DNA from: an uncultured Erysipelotrichaceae bacterium
GTDB lineage: Bacteria > Bacillota_I > Bacilli_A > Erysipelotrichales > Erysipelotrichaceae
DNA length: 32,000 bases
Reading direction: 5' to 3'
Assembly: GCA_964401865.1 (NCBI GenBank)
Contig: CAYNZZ010000006.1
Coordinates: 33,398 to 65,397 of the forward strand
The position numbers and the translations under genes were made by a program. The first letter of the stretch is position 1. Each line of letters opens with the position of its first letter. Below, in pieces: positions 8,874 through 17,952 of this stretch. Under the pieces are notes generated by a model. It made no database searches, was not told the DNA's origin, and saw only the letters and a list, made by a program, of their open reading frames with translations.

Positions 8874-9908
8874 ATGCATTATTTTGTCAATGATTACAGC
8901 GAAGGCGCACATAGTACTATTCTAGAAGCTCTTTCAAATAGTAACTACGATTTCTGTGATGGTTATGGAAATGATATATACTCAAAAAGAGCTGGTGAAA
9001 AAATAAAGAAAATAATTGAAAATCCAAATGTCGATATTCATTATGTATCAGGCGGTACTCAAGCTAACCGCCTATGTCTAGATGCTTTCTTAAAAGGTTA
9101 TGAAGCCATTATTGCAGTTGATAGCGCCCATATTAATGTCCACGAAGCAGGAGCTATCGAAGCGACCGGACACAAAATTATTCAAGTTCGTGGCAAAGAT
9201 GGGAAAATTAGCAAAGAAGAAATATTAAGAGTTTTAAGTATCCATCAGGATGAACATATGGTTAAACCAAAATTGGTATTTATCACCGATGCAACAGAAG
9301 TAGGAACAGTATATACCAAACAAGAATTAGTAGAAATATCTAATGTCTGCCACCAAAACAATCTATACCTTTATCTAGATGGCGCAAGATTATCTAATGC
9401 TCTTTGTGTGAAGGATACCGATTTAAATTTAAAAGATATTGCTAAACTGTGTGATGCCTTCTATTTGGGCGGAACTAAAAATGGTGCTTTGCTTGGAGAA
9501 GCAATTGTTATCACAAACGATGAACTAAAAAAAGACTTCCGCTACATCATGAAACAAAATGGTGCTATGTTAGCGAAAGGAAGATTAATCGGTATTCAAT
9601 TCGATACTCTTTTAAATGATGGATTATATTTAGAATTAGCTAATCATGCCAACACTATGGCTCAAATGATACAAGACGCAATAATTGATTTAAATATTCC
9701 ATTATATGTCAAATCAGCAACTAATCAAATATTCCCGATATTAACAAATGATGTAGTTGAGGAATTGAGTAAAGATTTTGCTTTCTCTAATTGGGAAAAG
9801 ATCGATCAATACCACACAATAGTAAGGTTTGTTTGCTCATGGGCAACAAAAAAAGAGGATATCTTAGCGCTGATTGATAAACTAAAGACAATTTATGCGA
9901 ATAAATAA
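8874..9908 (+). CDS. Threonine aldolase family / beta-eliminating-lyase-type PLP enzyme
   Basis: The N-terminus NDYSEGAHSTILEAL...GYGND, the block SGGTQANRLCL and a putative PLP-lysine context GGTKNGALLGEA are typical of clostridial low-specificity threonine aldolase-like proteins. Confidence 0.7.
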   Translation: MHYFVNDYSEGAHSTILEALSNSNYDFCDGYGNDIYSKRAGEKIKKIIENPNVDIHYVSGGTQANRLCLDAFLKGYEAIIAVDSAHINVHEAGAIEATGHKIIQVRGKDGKISKEEILRVLSIHQDEHMVKPKLVFITDATEVGTVYTKQELVEISNVCHQNNLYLYLDGARLSNALCVKDTDLNLKDIAKLCDAFYLGGTKNGALLGEAIVITNDELKKDFRYIMKQNGAMLAKGRLIGIQFDTLLNDGLYLELANHANTMAQMIQDAIIDLNIPLYVKSATNQIFPILTNDVVEELSKDFAFSNWEKIDQYHTIVRFVCSWATKKEDILALIDKLKTIYANK

Positions 9909-10602
9909 ATTTATAGCTTCAACCGGTATATGTTCTAGAAGAAAAGCTGAAGAATATATCAATGGCAAAAGAGTTAAGATCAATGGCGAAATAGCATATC
10001 TTCACTCAACTGTCGATGAAACAAAAGACATCGTCACTTTGGATGATAAAGCAATAGAATTAAAAGAAGATAAGATTTATATATTATTTAACAAGCCAGT
10101 CGGGATAATTTGTACAACCGAAAGGCACATTAAGCATAATATTATCGACTATATAAACTACCCAATTAGAATATTTCCTATTGGCAGACTAGATCAAGAC
10201 AGCCATGGATTAATTGTGCTCACTAATGATGGTGATATAGTAAATAAAGCTCTTCGTTCTGAAAACAATCATTCCAAAGAATATGTAGTTACTGTCAATA
10301 AAGATATTGATGATAACTTTATTCAAAAGATGCAAAACGGCGTAACTATATATAATCCAGTCCATGATACAATGGTAAAAACCAAAAGATGTGAATTGAT
10401 GAAAATTACTAACCGTAAATTTAAAATCATTTTGACGCAAGGGTATAATCGTCAAATTAGAAGAATGTGCAAAGCCTTAGGCTATGATGTCATCGATTTA
10501 TGTCGCACACGTTTTTTAACTTTAAAAGATTCTAAATTAAAGACAGGAAAATGGCGTTTAATAAGTGGTGAAGAATTAAATATTTTTCTAGACTCTCTAT
10601 AA
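9895..10602 (+). CDS. rluF: 23S rRNA pseudouridine synthase, RluF-like (RsuA family)
   Basis: S4 domain MRINKFIASTGICSRRKAEEYI, catalytic motif GRLDQDSHGLIVLTNDG, and the RluF-like blocks HSKEYVVTVNKDIDDNFIQKMQNGV and GYNRQIRRMC. Confidence 0.85.
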   Translation: MRINKFIASTGICSRRKAEEYINGKRVKINGEIAYLHSTVDETKDIVTLDDKAIELKEDKIYILFNKPVGIICTTERHIKHNIIDYINYPIRIFPIGRLDQDSHGLIVLTNDGDIVNKALRSENNHSKEYVVTVNKDIDDNFIQKMQNGVTIYNPVHDTMVKTKRCELMKITNRKFKIILTQGYNRQIRRMCKALGYDVIDLCRTRFLTLKDSKLKTGKWRLISGEELNIFLDSL

Positions 10603-10608
10603 GTACAT

Positions 10609-10635
10609 AAAAAGGCAATTTTATCTTGCCTTTTT
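10609..10635. terminator. Bidirectional terminator between convergent rluF and srtB
   Basis: AAAAAGGCAA-ttttatc-TTGCCTTTTT, a hairpin flanked by an A-run and a T-run. Confidence 0.7.
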
Positions 10636-10639
10636 ATGT

Positions 10640-11404
10640 TTATTTTATTCTTCTAGCCACGACTACAAAACGACCATTTTCCTTATGATAACTACATGTA
10701 GAAAGAGTTAGTATCTGGTCGCCATATTCAGCAGTAATGCCTGTATCGTATAATGAAGAACTAAGTGCTGCAGCAATATAATAATCAAAAGTATCAGGAT
10801 CACTCAAATCAGGATAATTATAATATCTGAAATATCCCACATCATAGGAAGTATATACTTCGCTATAAAACACGGACATTATTTCATATTCTCCCTTTTG
10901 TTCTAAGGTATCATATTTAATAGTCGGATGATTTTTAAAATAATTATAACTATCATAGTTTAATAGATAGCCAAACATCGAACCGTCCGCTTTAACATTA
11001 TGACCATATATTATTACATGATTACCATTTGGTGTACAACCATCAGATATGAATAAACTACCACTGAAAGCATATTTTTTATCAAAACCTCTTCGCATAT
11101 AATATTCCGGATTATTTGGAGTATACATTACCGGGTAGTCTAAACCAGTTCCTTCAATACTAATCCATCCTGCCATATCCTCATTTTGTTTGTGAAGTTC
11201 TTCATATACCATATCAAGAGCTAAATCAGCAGCAAAGGGCGCATCATCTCTAACATTTTTAACTAAATCGGCAATTTGGTCATTTGCTCGATGTTCTTTA
11301 ATTGTAAAATAATAGTCTTTCATTACGAAGAAAGCGAAAATTAAAAACAATGACAAAAATACAATCATTAAAATTTTTAATTTGATATCTCGTTTTGTTT
11401 TCAT
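10640..11404 (-). CDS. srtB: Class B sortase
   Basis: An N-terminal TM anchor, the His motif VIIYGHN, and the catalytic Cys motif LTLSTCSYHKENGRFVVVARRI. The start is set to the ATG at 11404 (MKTKRD) because the track's longer version runs through the upstream terminator hairpin. Confidence 0.8.
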   Translation of the reverse strand: MKTKRDIKLKILMIVFLSLFLIFAFFVMKDYYFTIKEHRANDQIADLVKNVRDDAPFAADLALDMVYEELHKQNEDMAGWISIEGTGLDYPVMYTPNNPEYYMRRGFDKKYAFSGSLFISDGCTPNGNHVIIYGHNVKADGSMFGYLLNYDSYNYFKNHPTIKYDTLEQKGEYEIMSVFYSEVYTSYDVGYFRYYNYPDLSDPDTFDYYIAAALSSSLYDTGITAEYGDQILTLSTCSYHKENGRFVVVARRIK

Positions 11405-11432
11405 ATTAAACAACCACCAATCTAAATATTTA

Positions 11433-11475
11433 AGAAAAAACTGTAAGTACAGAATTTTCCACACTTACAGTTTTT
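11433..11475 (-). terminator. Terminator/attenuator hairpin between the adhesin gene and srtB
   Basis: AACTGTAAGT (11439-11448) pairs with ACTTACAGTT (11463-11472) across a 14-nt loop, followed on the minus strand by TTTTTTCTT. Confidence 0.55.
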
Positions 11476-11480
11476 ATTTA

Positions 11481-14400
11481 TTACTGTACTTTATAATTTC
11501 TACGTTTTTTTACTACAAAGTATGCAGTTAGAGAAGTAATCATTCCGAGCATCATCCAAGGTGTCATTGAATCATCACCAGTATTCGGAGAATAATCACT
11601 CACCGGATCACCTGTAGATGGTGTATTTGGTTTGATATATACGGTATCATATCCAGGGTTTGCTTCGCCGTTTGGATAGATATTCTTATCAGGTTTCCAT
11701 CTATCATCAACACCATTGCCGTCTTCGTCAACAGGCTTGCTTCTGTCACTGCTGACAGGTCCTCTGCCATCACCCTTATCGATATTAGTATCAGGCTTCC
11801 AAATACCATCGGCATTACCACCTTCGTTACTAGGTTTCCAAATACCAGTATTATCAGTATCGATATTAATATCAGGATATCCATCGCCATCAATATCAAT
11901 ATTTACATCAGGGAATCCATCGCCATCAGTATCGATGTTCAAATCAGGCTTTCCATCGTAGATGTAATTTGGATTATCTGGGTCAGGACTATCAGGGTCT
12001 GGATATGGAATATCGATATTTGTTTTAAATACATCACCAATAACAACTACAATACTGTGATTAGCTTGCACATCTTTGAATGTGAATGTACTCTTTCCTA
12101 CCAAATCAGGTCTTGATACACCATCAATAATTACATCCTTAACTTTATAATCATGTCCAGCTTCCGGAGTTACTTTCCAATCGACCTTATAATCATTGCC
12201 AGCCATTACCGAACCACCAGAAGTAATTGTACCTGTAGCCCCTTTAATAGCAGTTGAGATTGTGTATGGATCTTCATGGAATTCTTTATCAACAGGAACA
12301 TCTTTATCATTTGTAACTTCTTTTTGAACATAGATCACTACATTCTTATCAGAGTCGATGTTATCCAATGGTAATTCACTTCCGATAAACGTAACAGGAT
12401 TACCATCAATTTCCACTTTAACAATCTTGTAGTTTGAAGGTATTCCATTCCATTTAATTGTAGTGCTTTCACCGTCTTCAAAAATTCCGTTGCCTTCAAC
12501 ATTACTTGGAACTTTTACAGAATCATCTTTAATATCCTTAATTGTCGCTGTAACATTCCACAATTCTTTGTCATTAATATCAATAATTACCGGAATTTCT
12601 GGGCCAGTTGGATTATCTGGATCTGGAGTTGTAATTGGATTTCCGGTTTCAGGATCGACTGCTTGCTTTGCAAAATATGCAGTTATTTCATGGTCGTTAG
12701 AAATGTTTGTAATGGCCATTGTAAATCCAGATGTATCAGCAGTACCTAGTGAAACTTCAGGTGTTTCTTCAGCAACTATTCTAAATGCGCCAAATAGATT
12801 ATTGAACAAACTAGATTCTGATGTTTCCTCATTTAGTTCTTCAGTACTTTCAGAAACTTGAGGCTCACTTATTTCTGGAGTCTCGATTATTTCTATATCA
12901 TTTGAAACTTCATTATTTGTATCAGATTCTTCACTATTCTCAGGACTAGATACATTATTATTTTCTGTTTCATCTGTTGGCTCTGGAGTTGGCTCGACCG
13001 GTACCTGAACTTGCAATTTATCTGCACCACTTACTTCAACTTCTTCACCATCGACTACTAATTTAACTAAATAGCTTCCAGCATTCGGTTGAGCTTTAAT
13101 ATCTATATAACTTTGTCCTTTATATAAAGTCTTAGATACTGAAATTGAGCCATCACCATATTTTTGAGTTGCTACATCATATAATACTGGTTTTACTTCA
13201 ACGACTACTCGTGTATCTTCGTTAACTTTACCTAAATCAACTTTATTATCTTCGCTGATTTCAACTTCTTTGCCATTTACGGTTACGCTCGTAATCTCGT
13301 AGTATTTGTAATCGTCAGAATCAGGATCTACCCAAGTAGGAAGTTCCCATTCAACATCGTATTCACTGCCTTTTTCAATGATTGCGCCGCCAGTAATAGT
13401 TCCAGGACCACCGACAACCTGTGTATCTACTTTAACAGATTCTTCATTGAATATAGGTTCTTTAATATCTTCGCCCTCTTTAGGTTTTTCAGCATAGTAA
13501 ATATCAACTACATGATTACCATGCATATTTTTAAGTAGATTGAAACCCTTAGTTGCACCATCGACATCTTTACTTCTTAAAGTAATTTCTTTACCATCAA
13601 CTAGAACTTTATATACTTGATAATTATCGTTTTCAACATCCCATAGAACTTCATAATTATCACCTTTATTAACAACCTTAGAAGGTGATACTACTAAGCT
13701 ACCATCACCACCATATTTATTAACAGTGACTGTGTAATAACCATCTGTATGGTCACCACCAATAGTTGGTAATTTTTCAACCTTGACAACAATTACGTGA
13801 TTAGAAGCTATTGAATTAAAATCCATTGAAGTTTCACTGATATTTGGATAATCAATGCCATCAACAGTAATTGATGTAACTCTATATCCACTAGATACAG
13901 TCCAATTAACCGTTACGTTTTCACCAGCATTAACTCTTGTAGTAGGAGTTATTGAACATGTACCATCTGTGCATCCTTCAAAATAAGTTTCGACAGAATA
14001 TTGTTTAGGAGTATCATCAGGATTTGTTGGTTCGCTTGGTGTGCTACCAATTCCAAATTCAACATAAACTGTATGATTACCACTGATATTTGTAAATTCT
14101 ATTCCACCCTCATTGATTAAATCATCACGAACCGTACCATCGACTAATACTCTAGTTACATGATAGCCAGTAGCTGGTGTCCATGATGCAACCGGATTTG
14201 TGCCTTCCTTGACATTTTCTAAGCTATTACCGGTTCCGTTACCTTTGGTAATAACACGAACATTCAGATAACGGTCGTAATAAAGTTTCAAGGCTAATGC
14301 AGGGCTTCCAGTAATTTCGCCACTTAATACATTGCTAGTGTTCGCTTCATTAAACCAATATTTAGTGCCATCAATTTCTAATTCTGGCAATTTGTTTTCA

Positions 14401-17400
14401 TTTGGCAATGTAACATTTGCCCCAGTAGTACCAGTATGAGTAGCACCCATATCACTTACTTTTCTATAAATGAATGAACCGGTTGGGGTCTTTTCACCCG
14501 TATTATACCAATACTCAATTGTGTACTTAGTATCATTTCTTGGAGTCCAAATAGCACGGAAACCATGATCGTTGTTATTAGTAATGTTAGTACCAACTGC
14601 AGGATACTTAGAACTTGTAATATTATTACCGTCAAGTAAACGCCATTCTACAAAATCATAACCAGGTTTTGTTGGTGTTGGTGCTTCAGGATATACATTA
14701 TTTGCTGTCTTATTGAACGCAATGTCCTTTATAGTATTTCCACCATCGGTATCAAAACTAATAACAAATCTAGCTGGGTCTTCTGCCCATATTGCATAGA
14801 CTGTCATATCACTAGCTGGCATTTTTACATCTTTTGCAGTTCCGCTAACTGGTTTAAACATACCAGATGCATCTCTAGTTGTTGACCAACCTTTGAAAAT
14901 ATATCCTGGTTTTGTCGGAATACCTCTACCAGTTACCGGAATGGCTTGAACGCCAGTATCATCACTGATATCAGTCGCAATTATACTCTGCTGATATTCT
15001 ACATTTTCAAAAGATCTAACATTACCTAATGAACCACCATTGGCATCAAAGCGTAATGTATATTTAGAAATATCATATTGAGCAATTAAATAATAGTAAT
15101 CGTCTGCAACAAAATTCTCTTGTTTACCTTGGTTAGCTGAAGCACTAGCTTTTTGATCGGATATTACTTCAACATTAGCTGCATTGTTGATATACGAACT
15201 ATTGTTTGCATTATTTGCATCATGTGATTTCAATAATTTCCAACCAGTAAATGTATATCCTTCTCTTTCAGGAACAACATCTTGATCTCCTACTTTTTGT
15301 AAGATAGAAGCACCAGCAGTGACGTAGAAAGTTTCTTCACCTTTTTCAATTGTTCCGCCATTAGCCTTATAAACAAGAACTGCTTGGTCTTTAGAATAGT
15401 TTGGTCTGATTATAATTTCGTGATTATCATCAGGATCGGGAGTTGTACCAGGAGTAACAGGATCTTTATCTGGAGTTTCCCATCCGCTGAAATAATCGTC
15501 ATCGTCATCACTAGGTGGTACATCCTCATCAGGAGGCAATACGATAATAGGTTTATCACCAATTACATAATAATCATCAATCGGATTACCATCAGGGTCT
15601 TCAACTCTTACATGAGTAGGTTGGAATACTGCTTTATTACCAATATTTCCACATTCATCTTTTACCCATACTACGATTGGATCAGTAGAAGTAATAGGAA
15701 CATTTATTTCTTGCGTATGATTCAATTCCCCAAAGTATTCCCAATCAGTTTCTTCAGGAGTAAGTGTAGTGCTGTTTGTAATCCAATATGCTGCTACACC
15801 AGAACCACGATTATCGCTAACGAAAGTAATACCATCTTCGTCGATACCTTCACCTGTATCAGTGAATACGACTTTAAACTTATTCTTTTCGCTATTTTCT
15901 GCTTCAATATATGGCTCTTTATTGTCAAGATAAGCAGTTAAATATGTTTGGAATGTCTTTGATTTTTCTCCATCATCATCTTCAACAGTTAATTCAAATA
16001 CATAAGTACCTGAAATACTATTTTTGGTAAAAGTGTAATTTGGAACTTTCTTAATATCGTCATATGTTCCATTAAATATTTCGGTTCCATTAGGATCGTA
16101 TAACTTACAATAATATTTTACAATTTTTGCTCCAGATGAAGCCGGCATTGATTTATCGACAATATTGACGCTAACAGTTTCATTTGTCTTTACTAAATGT
16201 TGTAGGTGTAAAGTCATCAATTGTTTTCCATCGGCTTTATTGACAACGTGGAAGTTTGCTAAAGGTATTTCACTTACAATTTCTTGAGGAACAAAATGAT
16301 TTTTCTCAAAGTAGTTCTTAGCAATGTATTCAGCCATCTGCGATGCATAATCATCTTGAGTAGCAATTATGCCATTAGAAGCACCTAAGCCTTGGCTGAT
16401 TACTTTTCCATTTTCGTCTTTGACATTATCGCGAACAATTTGACCATCTTGAACATTTGAAATATAGAATATTTCATCTTGTGTCATTTGGTTAATACCA
16501 TCGTTAAAGTCCTTTGTTGTATCTTTAGGCACATTTGGATTGCCACTATCACCAACTAAATTAATGAAATATTTCCATTCAGCACCTTGATAGTATTGAA
16601 CATATTTAAGAGCATCAAATGCGCTTGCCTCATATGACATTTCTAGATCGGTATAAATAATGGCTGAGAAAGCATTACAACCATGTGAAGAATAACCAAC
16701 CCAAGGTCCTAAACCATTTAATGTACCGCTACTAGCAAATTGTGGAATTGCAAAATTACGCAAGACATCAACCGGATCACTCAAGTTTCCATTTGCATCG
16801 TATGCCTGCTGTTGGATAGTTAAACTATCTTTCTTTAATTCAACGGTTAAACGTACTTTCTTTTGTGTGCCTAAGCTAAAAGACTTAGCACTACCCGACA
16901 TATCGGTGCCACCTGTAAATGTAGAAGTTGATGAATCTGCTACTACATTATTAACTTTTTTAATTACAACATTACCAGTACCGTTTGCCGCACTGCTTGC
17001 ATTAAAATATAACAAATAACCAGACACCATATCATCACTGGCAGTAGGAGTGCTTGAACCAGCAGTTATTCCAGCATTCATCCAAAAACCAAAAGCGGTT
17101 AATGTATGAGTATTAATAACTGAAGCATCAATATTAAAACTAAATGTTCTGGTTGTTGAGCTTGGTGCTGGATAAATCATATAGTCAGAATATGCAGGTT
17201 TACCATAACCGGCAAAAGCCATATTACTTGCACCTGTATCACTTTGATAGATACCAATATGTCTATTAAATTGAATACAAGCTGTATTAATAAATTTATT
17301 AGTAACCTTATTGATATAATTCAAAATATTTGCATTGGCTGGAGCATCCATCGATGAGGTACCTGCATTACGATATGGTTGCAGACCTCTTTGATCAGCA

Positions 17401-17738
17401 GGTACTAATGAATCATATCCTCCTGACTTGGTATGATAGTGGTCATATACATGCCATCCATCCATACTGGTTGTATCAATAGAAACAGCCGTACTTGTGA
17501 TACGGAAAGTAGAAGGATCCATACCTTGATCCACTAATTTTTGTGTTAATTCTTTTTTGAAGTCTAGGAATGTTCCTGGATAATCAGATGGAACATTTAC
17601 TGCAATATCGATCACTGGTGTTGGGTTGTTACCAACATCGACTGCGGCATAAACTTCTTTTGCGTTACTTTGAGCATAAGCGAAACATCCAATCAGCATC
17701 GAAAAAACTAATAGGATGTTTAAAATTTTGCGTTTCAC
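11481..17738 (-). CDS. Giant (2085 aa) cell-wall-anchored surface protein/adhesin with an SPNTG sorting signal
   Basis: GTG start with SD AAGGAGGAGAG and signal peptide MKRKILNILLVFSMLIGCFAYAQSNA. It has a PKD-like segment (YYCKLYDPNG...GTYVFELTVEDDDGEKS) and Listeria-Bacteroides-type repeats (GYTFTGWKLL, GYIFKGWSTT, GYDFVEWRLL). There are at least 7 beta-rich modules of about 80 aa ending in NHxVxVxF-like strands, an acidic linker, and DxDxDG repeats. The C-terminus is SPNTG + hydrophobic helix + KKRR. Confidence 0.9.
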   Translation of the reverse strand: MKRKILNILLVFSMLIGCFAYAQSNAKEVYAAVDVGNNPTPVIDIAVNVPSDYPGTFLDFKKELTQKLVDQGMDPSTFRITSTAVSIDTTSMDGWHVYDHYHTKSGGYDSLVPADQRGLQPYRNAGTSSMDAPANANILNYINKVTNKFINTACIQFNRHIGIYQSDTGASNMAFAGYGKPAYSDYMIYPAPSSTTRTFSFNIDASVINTHTLTAFGFWMNAGITAGSSTPTASDDMVSGYLLYFNASSAANGTGNVVIKKVNNVVADSSTSTFTGGTDMSGSAKSFSLGTQKKVRLTVELKKDSLTIQQQAYDANGNLSDPVDVLRNFAIPQFASSGTLNGLGPWVGYSSHGCNAFSAIIYTDLEMSYEASAFDALKYVQYYQGAEWKYFINLVGDSGNPNVPKDTTKDFNDGINQMTQDEIFYISNVQDGQIVRDNVKDENGKVISQGLGASNGIIATQDDYASQMAEYIAKNYFEKNHFVPQEIVSEIPLANFHVVNKADGKQLMTLHLQHLVKTNETVSVNIVDKSMPASSGAKIVKYYCKLYDPNGTEIFNGTYDDIKKVPNYTFTKNSISGTYVFELTVEDDDGEKSKTFQTYLTAYLDNKEPYIEAENSEKNKFKVVFTDTGEGIDEDGITFVSDNRGSGVAAYWITNSTTLTPEETDWEYFGELNHTQEINVPITSTDPIVVWVKDECGNIGNKAVFQPTHVRVEDPDGNPIDDYYVIGDKPIIVLPPDEDVPPSDDDDDYFSGWETPDKDPVTPGTTPDPDDNHEIIIRPNYSKDQAVLVYKANGGTIEKGEETFYVTAGASILQKVGDQDVVPEREGYTFTGWKLLKSHDANNANNSSYINNAANVEVISDQKASASANQGKQENFVADDYYYLIAQYDISKYTLRFDANGGSLGNVRSFENVEYQQSIIATDISDDTGVQAIPVTGRGIPTKPGYIFKGWSTTRDASGMFKPVSGTAKDVKMPASDMTVYAIWAEDPARFVISFDTDGGNTIKDIAFNKTANNVYPEAPTPTKPGYDFVEWRLLDGNNITSSKYPAVGTNITNNNDHGFRAIWTPRNDTKYTIEYWYNTGEKTPTGSFIYRKVSDMGATHTGTTGANVTLPNENKLPELEIDGTKYWFNEANTSNVLSGEITGSPALALKLYYDRYLNVRVITKGNGTGNSLENVKEGTNPVASWTPATGYHVTRVLVDGTVRDDLINEGGIEFTNISGNHTVYVEFGIGSTPSEPTNPDDTPKQYSVETYFEGCTDGTCSITPTTRVNAGENVTVNWTVSSGYRVTSITVDGIDYPNISETSMDFNSIASNHVIVVKVEKLPTIGGDHTDGYYTVTVNKYGGDGSLVVSPSKVVNKGDNYEVLWDVENDNYQVYKVLVDGKEITLRSKDVDGATKGFNLLKNMHGNHVVDIYYAEKPKEGEDIKEPIFNEESVKVDTQVVGGPGTITGGAIIEKGSEYDVEWELPTWVDPDSDDYKYYEITSVTVNGKEVEISEDNKVDLGKVNEDTRVVVEVKPVLYDVATQKYGDGSISVSKTLYKGQSYIDIKAQPNAGSYLVKLVVDGEEVEVSGADKLQVQVPVEPTPEPTDETENNNVSSPENSEESDTNNEVSNDIEIIETPEISEPQVSESTEELNEETSESSLFNNLFGAFRIVAEETPEVSLGTADTSGFTMAITNISNDHEITAYFAKQAVDPETGNPITTPDPDNPTGPEIPVIIDINDKELWNVTATIKDIKDDSVKVPSNVEGNGIFEDGESTTIKWNGIPSNYKIVKVEIDGNPVTFIGSELPLDNIDSDKNVVIYVQKEVTNDKDVPVDKEFHEDPYTISTAIKGATGTITSGGSVMAGNDYKVDWKVTPEAGHDYKVKDVIIDGVSRPDLVGKSTFTFKDVQANHSIVVVIGDVFKTNIDIPYPDPDSPDPDNPNYIYDGKPDLNIDTDGDGFPDVNIDIDGDGYPDINIDTDNTGIWKPSNEGGNADGIWKPDTNIDKGDGRGPVSSDRSKPVDEDGNGVDDRWKPDKNIYPNGEANPGYDTVYIKPNTPSTGDPVSDYSPNTGDDSMTPWMMLGMITSLTAYFVVKKRRNYKVQ
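11685..11945 (-). repeat. Coding tandem repeats: thrombospondin-type-3-like DxDxDG calcium-binding motifs
   Basis: Protein residues about 1932-2018 read DLNIDTDGDGFPDVNIDIDGDGYPDINIDTDNTGIWKP...ADGIWKPDTNIDKGDG...DEDGNGVDDRWKPDKN. The nucleotide level shows the matching periodicity. Confidence 0.6.
12030..14270 (-). repeat. Array of divergent Ig-like modules of about 80 aa in the adhesin, interrupted by an acidic low-complexity linker (about 12810-13010)
   Basis: The recurrent pattern is (K/T)xGxGxI..G..V..G.DY.V.W....GY.V..V.VDG.....NH.V.V.F. Examples are NHTVYVEF, NHVIVVKVE, NHVVDIYYAE and NHSIVVVIGD. Confidence 0.6.
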
Positions 17739-17805
17739 TTAATCTCTCCTCCTTTTCTAAATAAAGAGAAAAACAAAAAAAAATAATTCTCATTTATACG
17801 CAATT

Positions 17806-17835
17806 ATTTTACCCCCTCCCCGGTCATTTTGTAAA
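17806..17835 (-). promoter_or_regulatory. Sigma-A-type promoter candidate for the adhesin gene
   Basis: The minus strand reads TTTACA - 18 nt (AAATGACCGGGGAGGGGG) - TAAAAT, about 70 nt upstream of the GTG start. Confidence 0.3.
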
Positions 17836-17952
17836 GGCTTGCATTCCGTTTTTTAAACTTTTCCATATAAAAAGTGAACCTTATTAATTTGCTTGCCCAA
17901 ACTTTAAGATTCACTTCAACCTGCATCACATTTTATCTATATTAATTTTTAT

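Noticed and set aside
11685-11945. Periodic nucleotide repeats considered as a possible CRISPR array or minisatellite.
   Set aside because: They are in frame within the adhesin CDS and encode DxDxDG repeats. There is no repeat/spacer organisation and no cas genes. No CRISPR array was seen anywhere in the window.
11600-15941. ORF-track entries inside or antisense to the adhesin gene (11600-11899, 11716-11961, 12463-12861, 15384-15941).
   Set aside because: They lie entirely within the 2085-aa CDS and have low-complexity Ser/Pro/Leu/Ile-rich translations with no SD. They are mirror images of the repetitive coding strand, so they are frame artefacts.
17775-17783. A 9-nt A/T homopolymer upstream of the adhesin gene, considered as a phase-variation tract.
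   Set aside because: It lies in the predicted 5' UTR, not between the -35 and -10 boxes or inside the CDS. Length changes would therefore not obviously switch expression. Population sequencing data would be needed.
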